Shown one piece after another: positions 37,227 to 47,132 of a stretch of DNA of 64,000 bases. The number at the start of each line of letters is the position of its first letter. Position 1 is the stretch's first letter. The translations under genes and the position numbers were made by a program. Source of the stretch: an uncultured Desulfobacterales bacterium (GTDB lineage Bacteria; Desulfobacterota; Dissulfuribacteria; Dissulfuribacterales; QOAL01); the NCBI GenBank assembly GCA_964573615.1, contig CAZNKD010000065.1, forward strand, positions 5,843 through 69,842, given 5' to 3'. Below the pieces are notes generated by a model. That model had not been told where the DNA came from. It saw only the letters and a list, made by a program, of their open reading frames with translations, and made no database searches.

Positions 37227-38210
37227 ATGCCCGGAGCCGAGCTACACAATATCAATGTGCAGAACAAGCTGACCCTGACCCAGCAGGTGACCAATACCGC
37301 AAGGGTTGCCCTCAAAAACCTCATTCAAAAGGGCAAGCTCCCTTGGCCGAGATATTACGGTGAAGAGTTCTGGTCGGTGGCAAGGAAGCTCGGTTTCTTC
37401 TCCGTTGCAGCCCATGCAGAGCCGGAGCCCTTGATGCCGGAGGAGCTCGAAAACTTCCTGGAAGAGACCAACAACATCCTGGGCGGGGTGCAGGATACCC
37501 TTGAAAACCTGGTATCCGGCACGAGAAACCGTGTCGCCGACATGATGGGCTCCATAGATGCCCTTGAAGACAAGGACCTGGAGAACCGCTTCATAGAGGA
37601 GATCCAGGAGCTGCGCCGAAAGAACGAGGAGCTTGAGAAACACTCGGAAGATGCAGAGAAGAAGATAAGGGAGCAGACCAAGCTCATAGAGCAGCTGAAG
37701 AACCAGGTTCGGATAGATCCGCTCACAGGCCTCTATAACAGGCGTGCAATGGAGCCAGACCTCAAAAAGGAGATGGTTCGGGCCCGCAGATACAAGTTCC
37801 CCCTCTCCCTTGTCATGTGTGACATAGACCACTTCAAGCAGATCAATGATACCTACGGCCACAAGATCGGTGACCGTGTACTTCAAAAGCTCGCCAAGAG
37901 CCTGCAAGAATCCATCCGTACATCGGACAACATCTACCGATATGGCGGAGAGGAGTTCCTCATCCTGCTGCCCCACACAGATGCAGAACATGCGCTCATC
38001 TTTGCCGAAAGGCTGCGGGAGACCATCATGGGCGTGCGGTTCGTATCCAAAAAGCACGGGCTCAACCTTGGCGTCACCCTCTCCTTCGGCGTGACCGAGA
38101 TGAAGCCCACCGACTCCATCTCCTCTTTCATAGCAAGGAGCGACAAGGCCCTCTATCTTGCAAAGCTAAATGGCAGAAACAGGGTAGAGCTTATAACAGA
38201 AGAGGTATAG
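37227..38210 (+). CDS. Diguanylate cyclase (GGDEF domain) with N-terminal coiled coil
   Basis: DPLTGLYNRR, an active-site RYGGEEFLILL and the CDIDHFKQIND block are present. Confidence 0.9.
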   Translation: MPGAELHNINVQNKLTLTQQVTNTARVALKNLIQKGKLPWPRYYGEEFWSVARKLGFFSVAAHAEPEPLMPEELENFLEETNNILGGVQDTLENLVSGTRNRVADMMGSIDALEDKDLENRFIEEIQELRRKNEELEKHSEDAEKKIREQTKLIEQLKNQVRIDPLTGLYNRRAMEPDLKKEMVRARRYKFPLSLVMCDIDHFKQINDTYGHKIGDRVLQKLAKSLQESIRTSDNIYRYGGEEFLILLPHTDAEHALIFAERLRETIMGVRFVSKKHGLNLGVTLSFGVTEMKPTDSISSFIARSDKALYLAKLNGRNRVELITEEV

Positions 38211-38344
38211 GCCTGTCCGCCTTTACTGGCCATGAAATAGCCCAGCCACCGTCATCTCCTGCCCATCCTGCCCAACATAAGGCTTGGTGCCAAGGGCAGC
38301 CCTGTTGTATCATTGTCCAAAAATCTCAAAGGAGAAAAAGAATC

Positions 38345-38962
38345 ATGAACCCAGGAAGAGAGCTTGCCGGTCGTTTGATGTTTTCTGTCAATCTGTTGGC
38401 ACTTCTGGCCCTTTCCTGTCTGATTTGTGCCTGTAGCGGCAATGGAGGAGGCAGCTCGCAAAAACTCAAGGAGTTCAAGGCAGAGCAGGTCATCAAGGGC
38501 CCTGACGGACAGGAGATGGTACAGATCGTCTATTATGCACCCCAAAAGATGAGATATGAGCAGGACTCGCCCATGGGCAAGACCATAACCATCATCCGGA
38601 TGGACAAGGGCGTGATGTGGATACTCAACCCGGATGGCAAGACCTATATGGAGATGAAGGCAGACAAACATGCCATGGATGCCAGAAGCGGCATCGTCGA
38701 TCCCGAGACCCCAGGGATGAAAAAGGTTGGCAGAGACGAGGTGGAGGGGATCCCTTGCACCAAGTATGAGATGCCAGGCGGCGGAACCATCTGCATTGCC
38801 GATGGCGCCCAGATGGCCCTCAGGTTCGAATCGCCGGACGGTACGGTCATGTTCCTCAGAAATATCCAGCCAGGCGGCCTTGATGCAGATCTCTTCGAGA
38901 TACCCCAGGGGCGACAAAAGGTCTCCTTTCCAGCAATGCCCATGGGGGCACTGGGCAGATAG
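38345..38962 (+). CDS. Putative lipoprotein
   Basis: It has a signal peptide with the lipobox LICACS. Its beta-rich composition is preferred over the overlapping antisense ORF 38252..38917. Confidence 0.6.
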   Translation: MNPGRELAGRLMFSVNLLALLALSCLICACSGNGGGSSQKLKEFKAEQVIKGPDGQEMVQIVYYAPQKMRYEQDSPMGKTITIIRMDKGVMWILNPDGKTYMEMKADKHAMDARSGIVDPETPGMKKVGRDEVEGIPCTKYEMPGGGTICIADGAQMALRFESPDGTVMFLRNIQPGGLDADLFEIPQGRQKVSFPAMPMGALGR

Positions 38963-38988
38963 AGACGATCAGCCGCCATTCTATGAGT

Positions 38989-39017
38989 GAAAAAAGGGGG
39001 GCCTCAAAAGCCTCCCT
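38989..39017 (-). terminator. Rho-independent terminator after putP
   Basis: The minus strand reads GGGAGGC-uuuugag-GCCCCCC followed by UUUUUU, 9 nt after the putP stop. Confidence 0.55.
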
Positions 39018-39025
39018 CCCTGCCT

Positions 39026-40525
39026 CTATCTGGAGCGGTTGGGAAAGAGGAGGCTGAAGGCCATGCAACTGAGCAGGCATGTCAGGAAACCTGGCACCAT
39101 CTCGTAGAGATCGAATATCCCGCCCTCAAGCTGCCGCCAAAGGATGACGGTAAGGCTGCCCGCCAGAATGCCTGCCAGGGCCCCTGGTCCGCTCATCTGT
39201 TTCCAGTATAGGCTAAGCACTATCACTGGTCCGAACCCGGCCCCAAAACCTGCCCAGGCATAGCCCACCATGTCGAGCACCCTGCTTTCGGGATCGGCGG
39301 CAAAGAGGGCCGCTGCCGCTGCCACCAGAATCACGGTCAGCCTGCCTGCCCACACCAGCTCCCTCTGAGAGGCAGCAGGCCTGAAAAGGCGCCTGTAGAA
39401 ATCCTCTGTCAGGGCAGATGATGAAACGAGCAGTTGGGAATCGGCAGTGCTCATTATGGCTGCCAGGATGCCTGCCAGGCAGATGCCTGCAGGCACCGGA
39501 TGGAGCAGGGCCTTTACCAGCATTATGAAGACCTTTTCAGAGTCTCCAAGCGGCTTGGTGAAATAGGCGGACCCTGCAAGACCGGCTGCGATGGCGGCTG
39601 CCATGCCAATGAGAGCCCAAGACGTGGCGATACGCCTTGCAGAGACGGCCTGTTCGGGATCGGAGAGGGCCATGAACCGGGCAAGGATATGTGGTTGGCC
39701 AAAATAGCCAAGCCCCCAGGCAGCCAGGGATATGGCGGATATTATGGAAAGATCCTGGTCAGCCACGGAGGCCAGGGCCGCCATCAACCGCTGAGATGCC
39801 GCCAACCCGTTACTATCTGCCGTAACGGACAGGGCGGAGATGGCCATGGCAGGCACTATGAGCAGAGCGGCCAGCATCAAGATGGCCTGAAAGGCGTCTG
39901 TCCACGACACTGCCAGAAAGCCCCCCAGAAACGTGTAGGCCATGATGGCCCCACACCCTATCAGCACGGCATCCATGTATGGGAGTCCAAAGACCTCGGT
40001 GAACAGCTTTCCACCTGCAACCAGGCCGGAGCTGGTATAGATGGTAAAGAAAAAGAGGATGAACAGGGCAGAGACCGCCCTCAGGGCAGCCCCGGAAGCA
40101 GAGGCCTTTCCAGTTGGCGGGCTGAATCTGCGCTCCAGATATTCGGGAATGGTAAGCGAGTCACCATATCTCTCGCTCTTCATCCTGAGGCCCTGGGCAA
40201 CGATACGCCAGTTCAGCCAGGTGCCTGCAAGGAGCCCGGCTGCAAGCCAGAGGGCCTTGAGGCCAGACAGATAGGCAAGGCCGGGCAGCCCCAGTAGCAG
40301 CCAGCCACTCATGTCCGACGCACCTGCCGAAAGGGCTGCCACCAGGGGCCCCAGCCTCCTTCCACCAAGGATATAGTCGCCGATATTCTCGGTCCTTCTC
40401 CACGCAACCAGGCCGATGGCCAGGACTATGGCCATATATGCCAGGAAGGTTGCACCCACCGCAGGATCTGCCCTGTGCAAAAGGGATTCGCCCTGCAGCA
40501 CTATGTCTGCACCTGTATCAGCCAT
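39026..40525 (-). CDS. putP: Sodium:solute symporter, PutP-like
   Basis: 499 aa. The block DYILGGRRLGPLVAALSAGASDMSGWLLLGLPG closely resembles the PutP signature region as I remember it. The substrate is not proven. Confidence 0.85.
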   Translation of the reverse strand: MADTGADIVLQGESLLHRADPAVGATFLAYMAIVLAIGLVAWRRTENIGDYILGGRRLGPLVAALSAGASDMSGWLLLGLPGLAYLSGLKALWLAAGLLAGTWLNWRIVAQGLRMKSERYGDSLTIPEYLERRFSPPTGKASASGAALRAVSALFILFFFTIYTSSGLVAGGKLFTEVFGLPYMDAVLIGCGAIMAYTFLGGFLAVSWTDAFQAILMLAALLIVPAMAISALSVTADSNGLAASQRLMAALASVADQDLSIISAISLAAWGLGYFGQPHILARFMALSDPEQAVSARRIATSWALIGMAAAIAAGLAGSAYFTKPLGDSEKVFIMLVKALLHPVPAGICLAGILAAIMSTADSQLLVSSSALTEDFYRRLFRPAASQRELVWAGRLTVILVAAAAALFAADPESRVLDMVGYAWAGFGAGFGPVIVLSLYWKQMSGPGALAGILAGSLTVILWRQLEGGIFDLYEMVPGFLTCLLSCMAFSLLFPNRSR

Positions 40526-40533
40526 GCATGGGA

Positions 40534-41349
40534 TTATATCCCAATTGACGCCGGAGAAAACCGGTTTTGCCAGGTATCTGGCATCTCTTGGCTTGCAAGC
40601 TGCCTGGCAAGGGCCATGAGCTCACCATCCTTGGTGTTGACGATGGCGGCATCCAGTCCTGAAATGGCGAGCATGGACAGGACCTGACAGTGGAGCCTGC
40701 TCCTTGAGTGCCTGGAAAGACCAAGAGAGATGTTGCTGAGCCCGACCACGGTCCTGACCTTCTCCTGCCTCAGCTGCGATATGATGTGCAGGGCATCCAT
40801 GAAAAGGGTTATGTCGGGCATGGCCCTGGCCAGGAGCGATGCGGCCACATCACTCCTTGGCCGCAAGATCGGGTCGATCATGATGCGATCCAGGGGAAAT
40901 CCCCGCTTCTCTGCCAGCTCCAGCACACCTTCTGCCATGATCACCATCTCCTCCAGGCAGGAGGGCAGAAAGCCTTCACGCACCAGCATGATCACAACAC
41001 CGGCCCCAAAGCACTCGGCTGCAGCAAGCATGCTCTCAAGCCGGGCCTCATCGGCGGTGGCCCCGTTTATCCATGCGCCCTCCCCTGCCTCCTTGAGCCC
41101 CGGAGCCAGGGCCTCGGCAGGGGCGGTGATGAACAAGGGTATTTCGGCAGCCGACCTGATCACCGATATGGCCCACGGCAGCCAATTCTCGGATGCCCTA
41201 CGGCAGACCCCGAGGTTCACCTCCAGGGCATCTGCCCCAGCCTCTATCTGCTGCTCGACGACAGAGACAAAGGCCTTTTCATCCCTCTCCTCTACAGCAC
41301 GGAATATGGCTGGATTCAAGATGTTACACCTTTCCCCCACAATGATCAT
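40534..41349 (-). CDS. Pterin-binding (DHPS-like) methyltetrahydrofolate methyltransferase domain protein
   Basis: 271 aa. IIVGERCNI...GADALEVNLG is the N-terminal pattern of MetH/AcsE/MtrH-type pterin-binding barrels. It contains no other domain. Confidence 0.75.
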   Translation of the reverse strand: MIIVGERCNILNPAIFRAVEERDEKAFVSVVEQQIEAGADALEVNLGVCRRASENWLPWAISVIRSAAEIPLFITAPAEALAPGLKEAGEGAWINGATADEARLESMLAAAECFGAGVVIMLVREGFLPSCLEEMVIMAEGVLELAEKRGFPLDRIMIDPILRPRSDVAASLLARAMPDITLFMDALHIISQLRQEKVRTVVGLSNISLGLSRHSRSRLHCQVLSMLAISGLDAAIVNTKDGELMALARQLASQEMPDTWQNRFSPASIGI

Positions 41350-41511
41350 GATGCACTACTCCTTTTTCATGTTCTTGACACCAGCCAGATGATGTTTCAG
41401 GGGAAAACAGGGAGGAAGGAACTGAAACCTAGAGATAGCAGGAGCCGCTCCTGCCAAACCACAGCCCTGTGTGATCGGGCCTTTAGCCACGAGGCCCATC
41501 GATCACCCTCC

Positions 41512-41666
41512 CCTTCAGGCCGGTCTCCCGGCTCGCGGATCAACCTACCGGCTGCGCCTTCCCATCACGCCTCTGGCGTGACAGTGGCACCCTGTGCAGC
41601 CTTCGTCCCCGCTCACGGTTGCGGGCCAGCGCCGGACTCTCACCGGACTTCCCGTTCACCTGAAGG
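41512..41666 (-). promoter_or_regulatory. Cobalamin (B12) riboswitch aptamer
   Basis: The minus strand reads CCTTCAGGTGAACGGGAAGTCCGGTGAGAGTCCGGCGCTGGCCCGCAACCGTGA...GCCACTG...GGGAAGGC...GAGCCGGGAGACCGGCCTGAAGG. This covers the conserved core, the B12 box and a closing P1 (CCTTCAGG/CCTGAAGG). It lies 160 nt upstream of the pterin-binding gene. Confidence 0.88.
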
Positions 41667-41712
41667 TGTCCATTCGATCCTATCGTGTATCTTTTGAGGG
41701 AATTCTTACAGC

Positions 41713-43017
41713 TCAGGAACCGGGGATGTCAACAAAAACATCATCATGCGCCTTGGTGCCGCCCTCCCCACACGTGGATGCACTGCCCAACAGCTCGAGA
41801 TCATGGCCCGATGGGCGCTGATAGATCCTGAGGCCGAACTCGGGCACACAGGCCAGCACGTGATCGAAGATGTCTGCCTGGATCGCCTCGTAATTGGCCC
41901 AGACGGTATCGTTTGTGAAGACATATATCTCCATCGGGAGGCCATCGGGTGTCGGGGCGAGCTGTCGTACCAGGAAGGTCATGTCCTTTCTGATCTTTGG
42001 ATGTTGCTTCAGGTATTCCACCAGATAGGCCCTGAAGGTACCGAGATTGGTCATGCGCCTTCCGTTGACCTTCACCGAGTCGTCTATTGCGTGGACGGCA
42101 TTGTACTCCTTGAGCTCCCGCTCCTTGGCATCTATATAGGGCTTTAGGATCTGGATCTTCCTGAGCCGCTGGATATCGCTCTCTTCAAGGAATCTTACAG
42201 AGCGCTGGTCTATGAGGATGGCCCTCTTGATGCGCCTTCCGCCGGCCACCTTCATGCCGCGCCAGTTCTTGAAGGAGCCCTCTATGAGCTTGTAGGTGGG
42301 CACAGTGGTGATGGTCTTGTCCCAGTTCTGGATCTTGATGGTGTAGAGGGCGATCTCTATGACATCGCCGTCGGCATTGTATTGGGGCATTTCGATCCAG
42401 TCCCCCACCCTAACCAGATCGTTCATCACTATCTGGATACTTGCCACAAAGGAGAGGATGGTATCCTTGAAGATCAGCAGCAGCAGGGCAGTTACTGCAC
42501 CAAGGCCGGAAAGAAGTGCCCAGGGAGACTCCCCGAGGAGATAGCAGATGATGATTATGCCTACTGCGATATAGAGAAAGATCTTTACTATCTGGATATA
42601 GCCCCGTATGGGATAGCGCTGGGCGACAGGATAGCGTTCATAGATGGCCTCGCCCACGGCCATCAGCCTGTCGAGGATCAGAGCGATATCGAAGAGCACG
42701 AAGGGATAGAGAAGCTGCCTGAAAAAGTCCGGCAGCTCCGGAAAGAGCCTAAGGCCATAATGGAGCAGGATGGCTGGGGCCAGCAGGGCCACCGGCCCAA
42801 AGACCCCCTTTTCTATGAGCAGATCATCCCACTTGTTTCTCGTGTGTCTGAATGCGGCATGGATGAATCTCAGAATGATGAAGCGGACCAGGATGAAACT
42901 GACAGCTGCCGCGACAATCAGGACAACGCTCCAGAAGAGATAGTAGATGGGCGTCTGAGGTTCAAGTACCTGGTTTACCAGATCTATCAGCTGAGAAATC
43001 CCGTTTTCCATTGCCAT
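41713..43017 (-). CDS. Mechanosensitive ion channel family protein (MscS-like)
   Basis: 434 aa. Several TM segments are followed by the MscS beta-domain block VRVGDWIEMPQYNADGDVIEIALYTIKIQNWDKTITTVP. Confidence 0.88.
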   Translation of the reverse strand: MAMENGISQLIDLVNQVLEPQTPIYYLFWSVVLIVAAAVSFILVRFIILRFIHAAFRHTRNKWDDLLIEKGVFGPVALLAPAILLHYGLRLFPELPDFFRQLLYPFVLFDIALILDRLMAVGEAIYERYPVAQRYPIRGYIQIVKIFLYIAVGIIIICYLLGESPWALLSGLGAVTALLLLIFKDTILSFVASIQIVMNDLVRVGDWIEMPQYNADGDVIEIALYTIKIQNWDKTITTVPTYKLIEGSFKNWRGMKVAGGRRIKRAILIDQRSVRFLEESDIQRLRKIQILKPYIDAKERELKEYNAVHAIDDSVKVNGRRMTNLGTFRAYLVEYLKQHPKIRKDMTFLVRQLAPTPDGLPMEIYVFTNDTVWANYEAIQADIFDHVLACVPEFGLRIYQRPSGHDLELLGSASTCGEGGTKAHDDVFVDIPGS

Positions 43018-43050
43018 ATTCCCCTGTTACTGCTCCTGCCAGAGAAGATC

Positions 43051-44964
43051 CTATCCGGACAACTTGTCCGCCTTTCCGGTGCCCTTCCAGCCGGCCGCCC
43101 TGGCCTGCTTCACCAGGGCCAGGGGCACCTCCCACTTGTTCAGCGGGCTTATGAGATATAGGCCATCAACCATGGAATGGATACGCTCCAGAAGGCCCTG
43201 GGTCAGCTCAAGGCCCGCCTTCCGCTGATCCTCAAGCCTTTCATACGATCTCAAATGGTCTCTGATCTCCTGAGGGATGGTGATGCCGGGAAGCTCGTTG
43301 TGAAGGAACTCTGCACTCCTCCAGGAGATGAGCGGGAAGATCCCAGGAAATATCAGCACATCCAGATGGGCGGTGATCTCCATCATCGCCTCCACTGAGG
43401 CGGGATCGAAGATGGGCTGGGTCATGACGAAATGGGCACCGAGGGAGACCTTCTTCTCAAGCCGCCTCAGCTGCAGCTCCGGCTTGCTCGGCCTGAAGCT
43501 GAAGGCGACCCCTATGGAGAAGTCTGTGGCCTCCTTCATGGGTCTTCCAGCCATGTTTAGCCCCCTGTTGAAGCCTGAAATCATGCGGACAAGGCCATAG
43601 GAGTTGACATCGAACACCCCGCTGACTCCGGGCTGATCACTTGAAGATGCGGGATCTCCCGTCACCGCCAGGATCCCCCTGATCCCCAAAAGATGCGCCC
43701 CCATGATCTGGGCCTGGAGCCCGAGCACGTTTCTGTCTCGGCAGGTCAGGTGGATCACGGTCTCCATCCCGCAGTCCTCTTTTATGATATGGGCCAAAGA
43801 CAGATTGTCACACCTCAGCACGGCAAGGGGATTCTCTGCCAGGGTCACCCCGTCTGCCCCTGCCTCCTTGAGGTGGCGTGCCCCCTCGATCACACCCTGG
43901 ACATCCAGATGTGCAGGGGGGTCAAGCTCCACCAGAATGGGAAGCCTGCCTTTCTCCAGGCCCTTTAGAAGGGCACCGGGCCCCTCCTGCTCGGATGGTG
44001 CGGGGCCGCCCTGGATGGCGGGCCCAGTGACAGCTGGCTGCTGTCTCTTGACCTGTCTGACATGCAGGCGTTTTTTGAATTCATGTATATGGGCAGGGGT
44101 GGTTCCACAGCACCCTCCCACGAGCCGGACCCCGAGCTTTACCATCTCTGCCACCTTGCCAGCCATATAGGCAGGAGGTGTGGAGTATACCATTCTGTGA
44201 TCTATCACCTCTGGGATACCGGCATTTGGAAAGGCGGAAAGGGGCACCGACGCACCGAGCTGGGAGAGCTTCTCCACTGCTTCGAGCATGGCCTTCACAC
44301 CCCGGCCACAATTGGTGCCAAAGAGATCAGCACCTGCACGTATCGCTTCAGTGGCGCAGTGTACGGCATCGAGCCCAAGGGCGGTCTTGCCCTTGGCGGG
44401 AAAGACCATCTGAGCCACTACCGGAAATTCGGGGAAATGCCTCTTTGCTGTCTCGATGGCCAAGAGCAGCTCATCCAGGTGTGTGAAGGTCTCCAAGATG
44501 AAGAGATCCACACCGCCCTCGACCAGGGCCTCCATCTGCTCCAGGAAAACCTCTCTGACCAGCTCCTCCGAAGCAGCCGCCTCCCCTCCCTCTCCCTCAT
44601 GGCCCAGAGGGGAATCCAATGGAAAGTCCAGCCCGGTTGGGCCGACAGAGCCTGCCACAAATATCTTGCCAGCAGCGGCCTTGGAGGCAATCGCCGCCCC
44701 CTGCCTGTTGATCTCAGGGGCCAAATGGCCACTTCCCCTGGCCTCAAGCCGCAGCCTGTTGGCGGCAAAGGTATTGGTCTCGATCAGCTGGCTGCCAGCC
44801 CTGATGTACTCTTCATGAACGCCATAGATGAGATCGGGATCCTTCAGATTCAGCAGATCGGTGTTGGTCCCAAGTTGCACCCCCTTCTCATACAGATAGG
44901 TCCCTATGGCCCCATCTGCCAGGATCACCTGTCTCTCTATAAGTTGAAGAAAGTCTTCTCTCAT
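43051..44964 (-). CDS. Bifunctional homocysteine S-methyltransferase / 5,10-methylenetetrahydrofolate reductase (YitJ-like)
   Basis: 637 aa. The N-terminal Hcy-binding domain shows ILADGAIGT...ETNTF...GGCCGTTP. The C-terminal MTHFR-type barrel follows. Confidence 0.85.
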   Translation of the reverse strand: MREDFLQLIERQVILADGAIGTYLYEKGVQLGTNTDLLNLKDPDLIYGVHEEYIRAGSQLIETNTFAANRLRLEARGSGHLAPEINRQGAAIASKAAAGKIFVAGSVGPTGLDFPLDSPLGHEGEGGEAAASEELVREVFLEQMEALVEGGVDLFILETFTHLDELLLAIETAKRHFPEFPVVAQMVFPAKGKTALGLDAVHCATEAIRAGADLFGTNCGRGVKAMLEAVEKLSQLGASVPLSAFPNAGIPEVIDHRMVYSTPPAYMAGKVAEMVKLGVRLVGGCCGTTPAHIHEFKKRLHVRQVKRQQPAVTGPAIQGGPAPSEQEGPGALLKGLEKGRLPILVELDPPAHLDVQGVIEGARHLKEAGADGVTLAENPLAVLRCDNLSLAHIIKEDCGMETVIHLTCRDRNVLGLQAQIMGAHLLGIRGILAVTGDPASSSDQPGVSGVFDVNSYGLVRMISGFNRGLNMAGRPMKEATDFSIGVAFSFRPSKPELQLRRLEKKVSLGAHFVMTQPIFDPASVEAMMEITAHLDVLIFPGIFPLISWRSAEFLHNELPGITIPQEIRDHLRSYERLEDQRKAGLELTQGLLERIHSMVDGLYLISPLNKWEVPLALVKQARAAGWKGTGKADKLSG

Positions 44965-45218
44965 GGCTAAAGATCCCTTTTTATAGCTTTGTAGCCCTCT
45001 ATTTTTCTCTTTTGTCCCGGCTGGCCGTGATTCCCCCGGCCCGATGATTATATTAGAAGCCAGGACAAATTACTAATATCTTGCCGCCTTGCCTTGAGGC
45101 CGCAAGAAAGGCGGTTAGGCCGCGCAGCCCGGAACAGGCAGGGCACGCGGACACACAAGTGCAGGAACGGATAGAACCTTTTTGCGATCGTATCGGATCG
45201 TATCAGGAGGATCGGATC

Positions 45219-45788
45219 ATGTCAGAAGAGAGACTTACGAAGAGTGACAAGATAACGCTTCTTAAGATAGCCAGACAGGCCATCAAGTCGGAACTTGAAG
45301 GCAGGGCGCTCAGGCTTCCCACTATCACAAGCCCTGCCCTGATGGAACCGAGGGGGGCCTTTGTAACACTCCACAAACATGGCCAACTCAGGGGATGCAT
45401 CGGAAACTTCACATCCTCCAACCCCCTCTATCATACCGTTGCCGAGATGGCCATTTCAGCCGCCTTCAACGATCCGCGCTTCAGGCCCCTGGCTCCACAC
45501 GAGTTCGATGAGATCGACATAGAGATCTCGGCCCTCACCCCCCTCAGGCCCATAAAGAGCGTGGATGAGATAGAGGTGGGCAAACATGGCATCTATATCA
45601 TCCAGGGGCCCTACCGGGGTGTACTCCTGCCCCAGGTGGCCACGGAATATGGCTGGGACCGCTATACCTTTCTGGACCAGACCTGTATAAAGGCAGGTCT
45701 CTATCCGGGATGCTGGAAGGAGCCCTCCACCCAGATATTGATCTTCAGTGCAGAGGTCTTTGGCGAGAAGGAGCTGGGCCTCGTCTGA
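45219..45788 (+). CDS. AMMECR1-domain protein (AmmeMemoRadiSam system protein A)
   Basis: GAFVTLHKHGQLRGCIGNF and HGIYI...GVLLPQV motifs are present. The SD AGGAGG precedes the ATG at 45219. Confidence 0.85.
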   Translation: MSEERLTKSDKITLLKIARQAIKSELEGRALRLPTITSPALMEPRGAFVTLHKHGQLRGCIGNFTSSNPLYHTVAEMAISAAFNDPRFRPLAPHEFDEIDIEISALTPLRPIKSVDEIEVGKHGIYIIQGPYRGVLLPQVATEYGWDRYTFLDQTCIKAGLYPGCWKEPSTQILIFSAEVFGEKELGLV

Positions 45789-45806
45789 ATAGGAGGCCTC
45801 AAGGCC

Positions 45807-46307
45807 TCAGCCCTTCTTTGCCCTGAGCTGCTGGTATCTCTCCTTCATCTTCTTCTCCACCAGGGGGGGGACGAGCCCTTCGAGGCTGCCTCCAAACTGG
45901 GCTGCCTCTTTGACAATGGTGGAGCTTACGAATATCCAGCGAAAACCCGTCATGAGAAAGACGGTCTCTATATTCCGATCCAGTTTCCTGTTCATGATGG
46001 CCCGCTGCAGTTCATATTCAAAATCGGAGACCGCCCTGAGGCCGCGGAGTATGGCATTTGCCCCGTGACGCCTGGCAAAATCCACAAGCAGGCCATCGAA
46101 TGCCTCCACCTCTACGCCCTCCATGGTGCCGATGGTCTGCCGGATCATATCGACCCGCTCATCAAAGTCGAACAGCGGGCTCTTTCCCGGATGGACACCT
46201 ACGGCCACTATCACCTTGTCAAAGAGTTTGAGGGCACGCTTGATGAGATCGATGTGGCCATTCGTTATGGGATCGAAGGTGCCTGGATATACTATGATTC
46301 TTGACAT
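45807..46307 (-). CDS. coaD: Phosphopantetheine adenylyltransferase
   Basis: 166 aa with the YPGTFDPITNGHIDLIKRA motif. Confidence 0.95.
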   Translation of the reverse strand: MSRIIVYPGTFDPITNGHIDLIKRALKLFDKVIVAVGVHPGKSPLFDFDERVDMIRQTIGTMEGVEVEAFDGLLVDFARRHGANAILRGLRAVSDFEYELQRAIMNRKLDRNIETVFLMTGFRWIFVSSTIVKEAAQFGGSLEGLVPPLVEKKMKERYQQLRAKKG

Positions 46308-46391
46308 ACCGGATCCGATTTCTCCTTGCCGATTCTCATGGGTGCGCCCTGTGCGCTGGCCCTAGCCCTGTGTGACAGGTGGCGCCTGCCC

Positions 46392-47033
46392 TTATGAAGG
46401 GCGATAGAACAGGATCTTCGTCTGACCATAAACCCTTTCATCCGCCAGGAAAAGCCCCTTGGCTCTGCCGCCCTCCAAAGAATCCTTCTCAAACCTTCTC
46501 GGCAGCTCCTCTCCCTTTCCGGCCTCACAAATCAGGACCCCCGAGTCATGGAGCAGTTCTGCCTGACAGATGGCCTGAATAAGCGGCTGCAGCAGCCCTC
46601 TTCCGTAGGGGGGATCCATGAAGACCATTCCAAAAGGCCCCCACTGCCCCTCACCCATACCCTCGGCTTTAGCCATGTTCTTCCTGATGGATAAGAAGAA
46701 TCTCGAAACCTCTCCCCTTGCCAGATTGAACCGGACGGCCTGAACCCTCTCCCCCACTCCCATTGCTCCGGCATTTTCAAGGGCCTGAGAGAGTGAACGT
46801 CTAGAAGAATCCACCATCAGGGCACCATCCGCCCCCCTGGAGATGGCCTCAAGGCCGAGCGCCCCGCTGCCGCAAAAGAGATCGAGCACCCAGAAACCTG
46901 GGGCGGGCTGTCCGAATCTGACCTGTGCAATCTGAAACAGGGCCTCGCGCACCCGATCGCTGGTGGGACGCACCTTTAACCCACGTGGACAGACAAGGCG
47001 CCTGCCCTTCAGGCTTCCTCCGGTAATCCTCAT
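46392..47033 (-). CDS. rsmD: 16S rRNA (guanine966-N2)-methyltransferase
   Basis: Motifs are MRITGGSLKGRRL...RPTSDRVREALF, the SAM motif DLFCGSGALGLEA and DPPY. It shows the classic rsmD-coaD pairing. The start is placed at the internal Met. Confidence 0.85.
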   Translation of the reverse strand: MRITGGSLKGRRLVCPRGLKVRPTSDRVREALFQIAQVRFGQPAPGFWVLDLFCGSGALGLEAISRGADGALMVDSSRRSLSQALENAGAMGVGERVQAVRFNLARGEVSRFFLSIRKNMAKAEGMGEGQWGPFGMVFMDPPYGRGLLQPLIQAICQAELLHDSGVLICEAGKGEELPRRFEKDSLEGGRAKGLFLADERVYGQTKILFYRPS

Positions 47034-47132
47034 ACTCTCCTTACGAGTTTCTTGCCTGGCCTGAAGCAGCAAAAAGGGCGGCACGTCAATGTGCCGCCCT
47101 GCCACTGCCCATTATGACCGAATCGTGTGGCA

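Noticed and set aside
44965-45080. Possible SAM/S-box riboswitch in the leader of the homocysteine-methyltransferase/MTHFR fusion (B. subtilis yitJ has one)
   Set aside because: I could not find the SAM-I core or a convincing SAM-II/V pseudoknot pattern by eye; only a TATAAT box is evident. A covariance-model scan would be needed.
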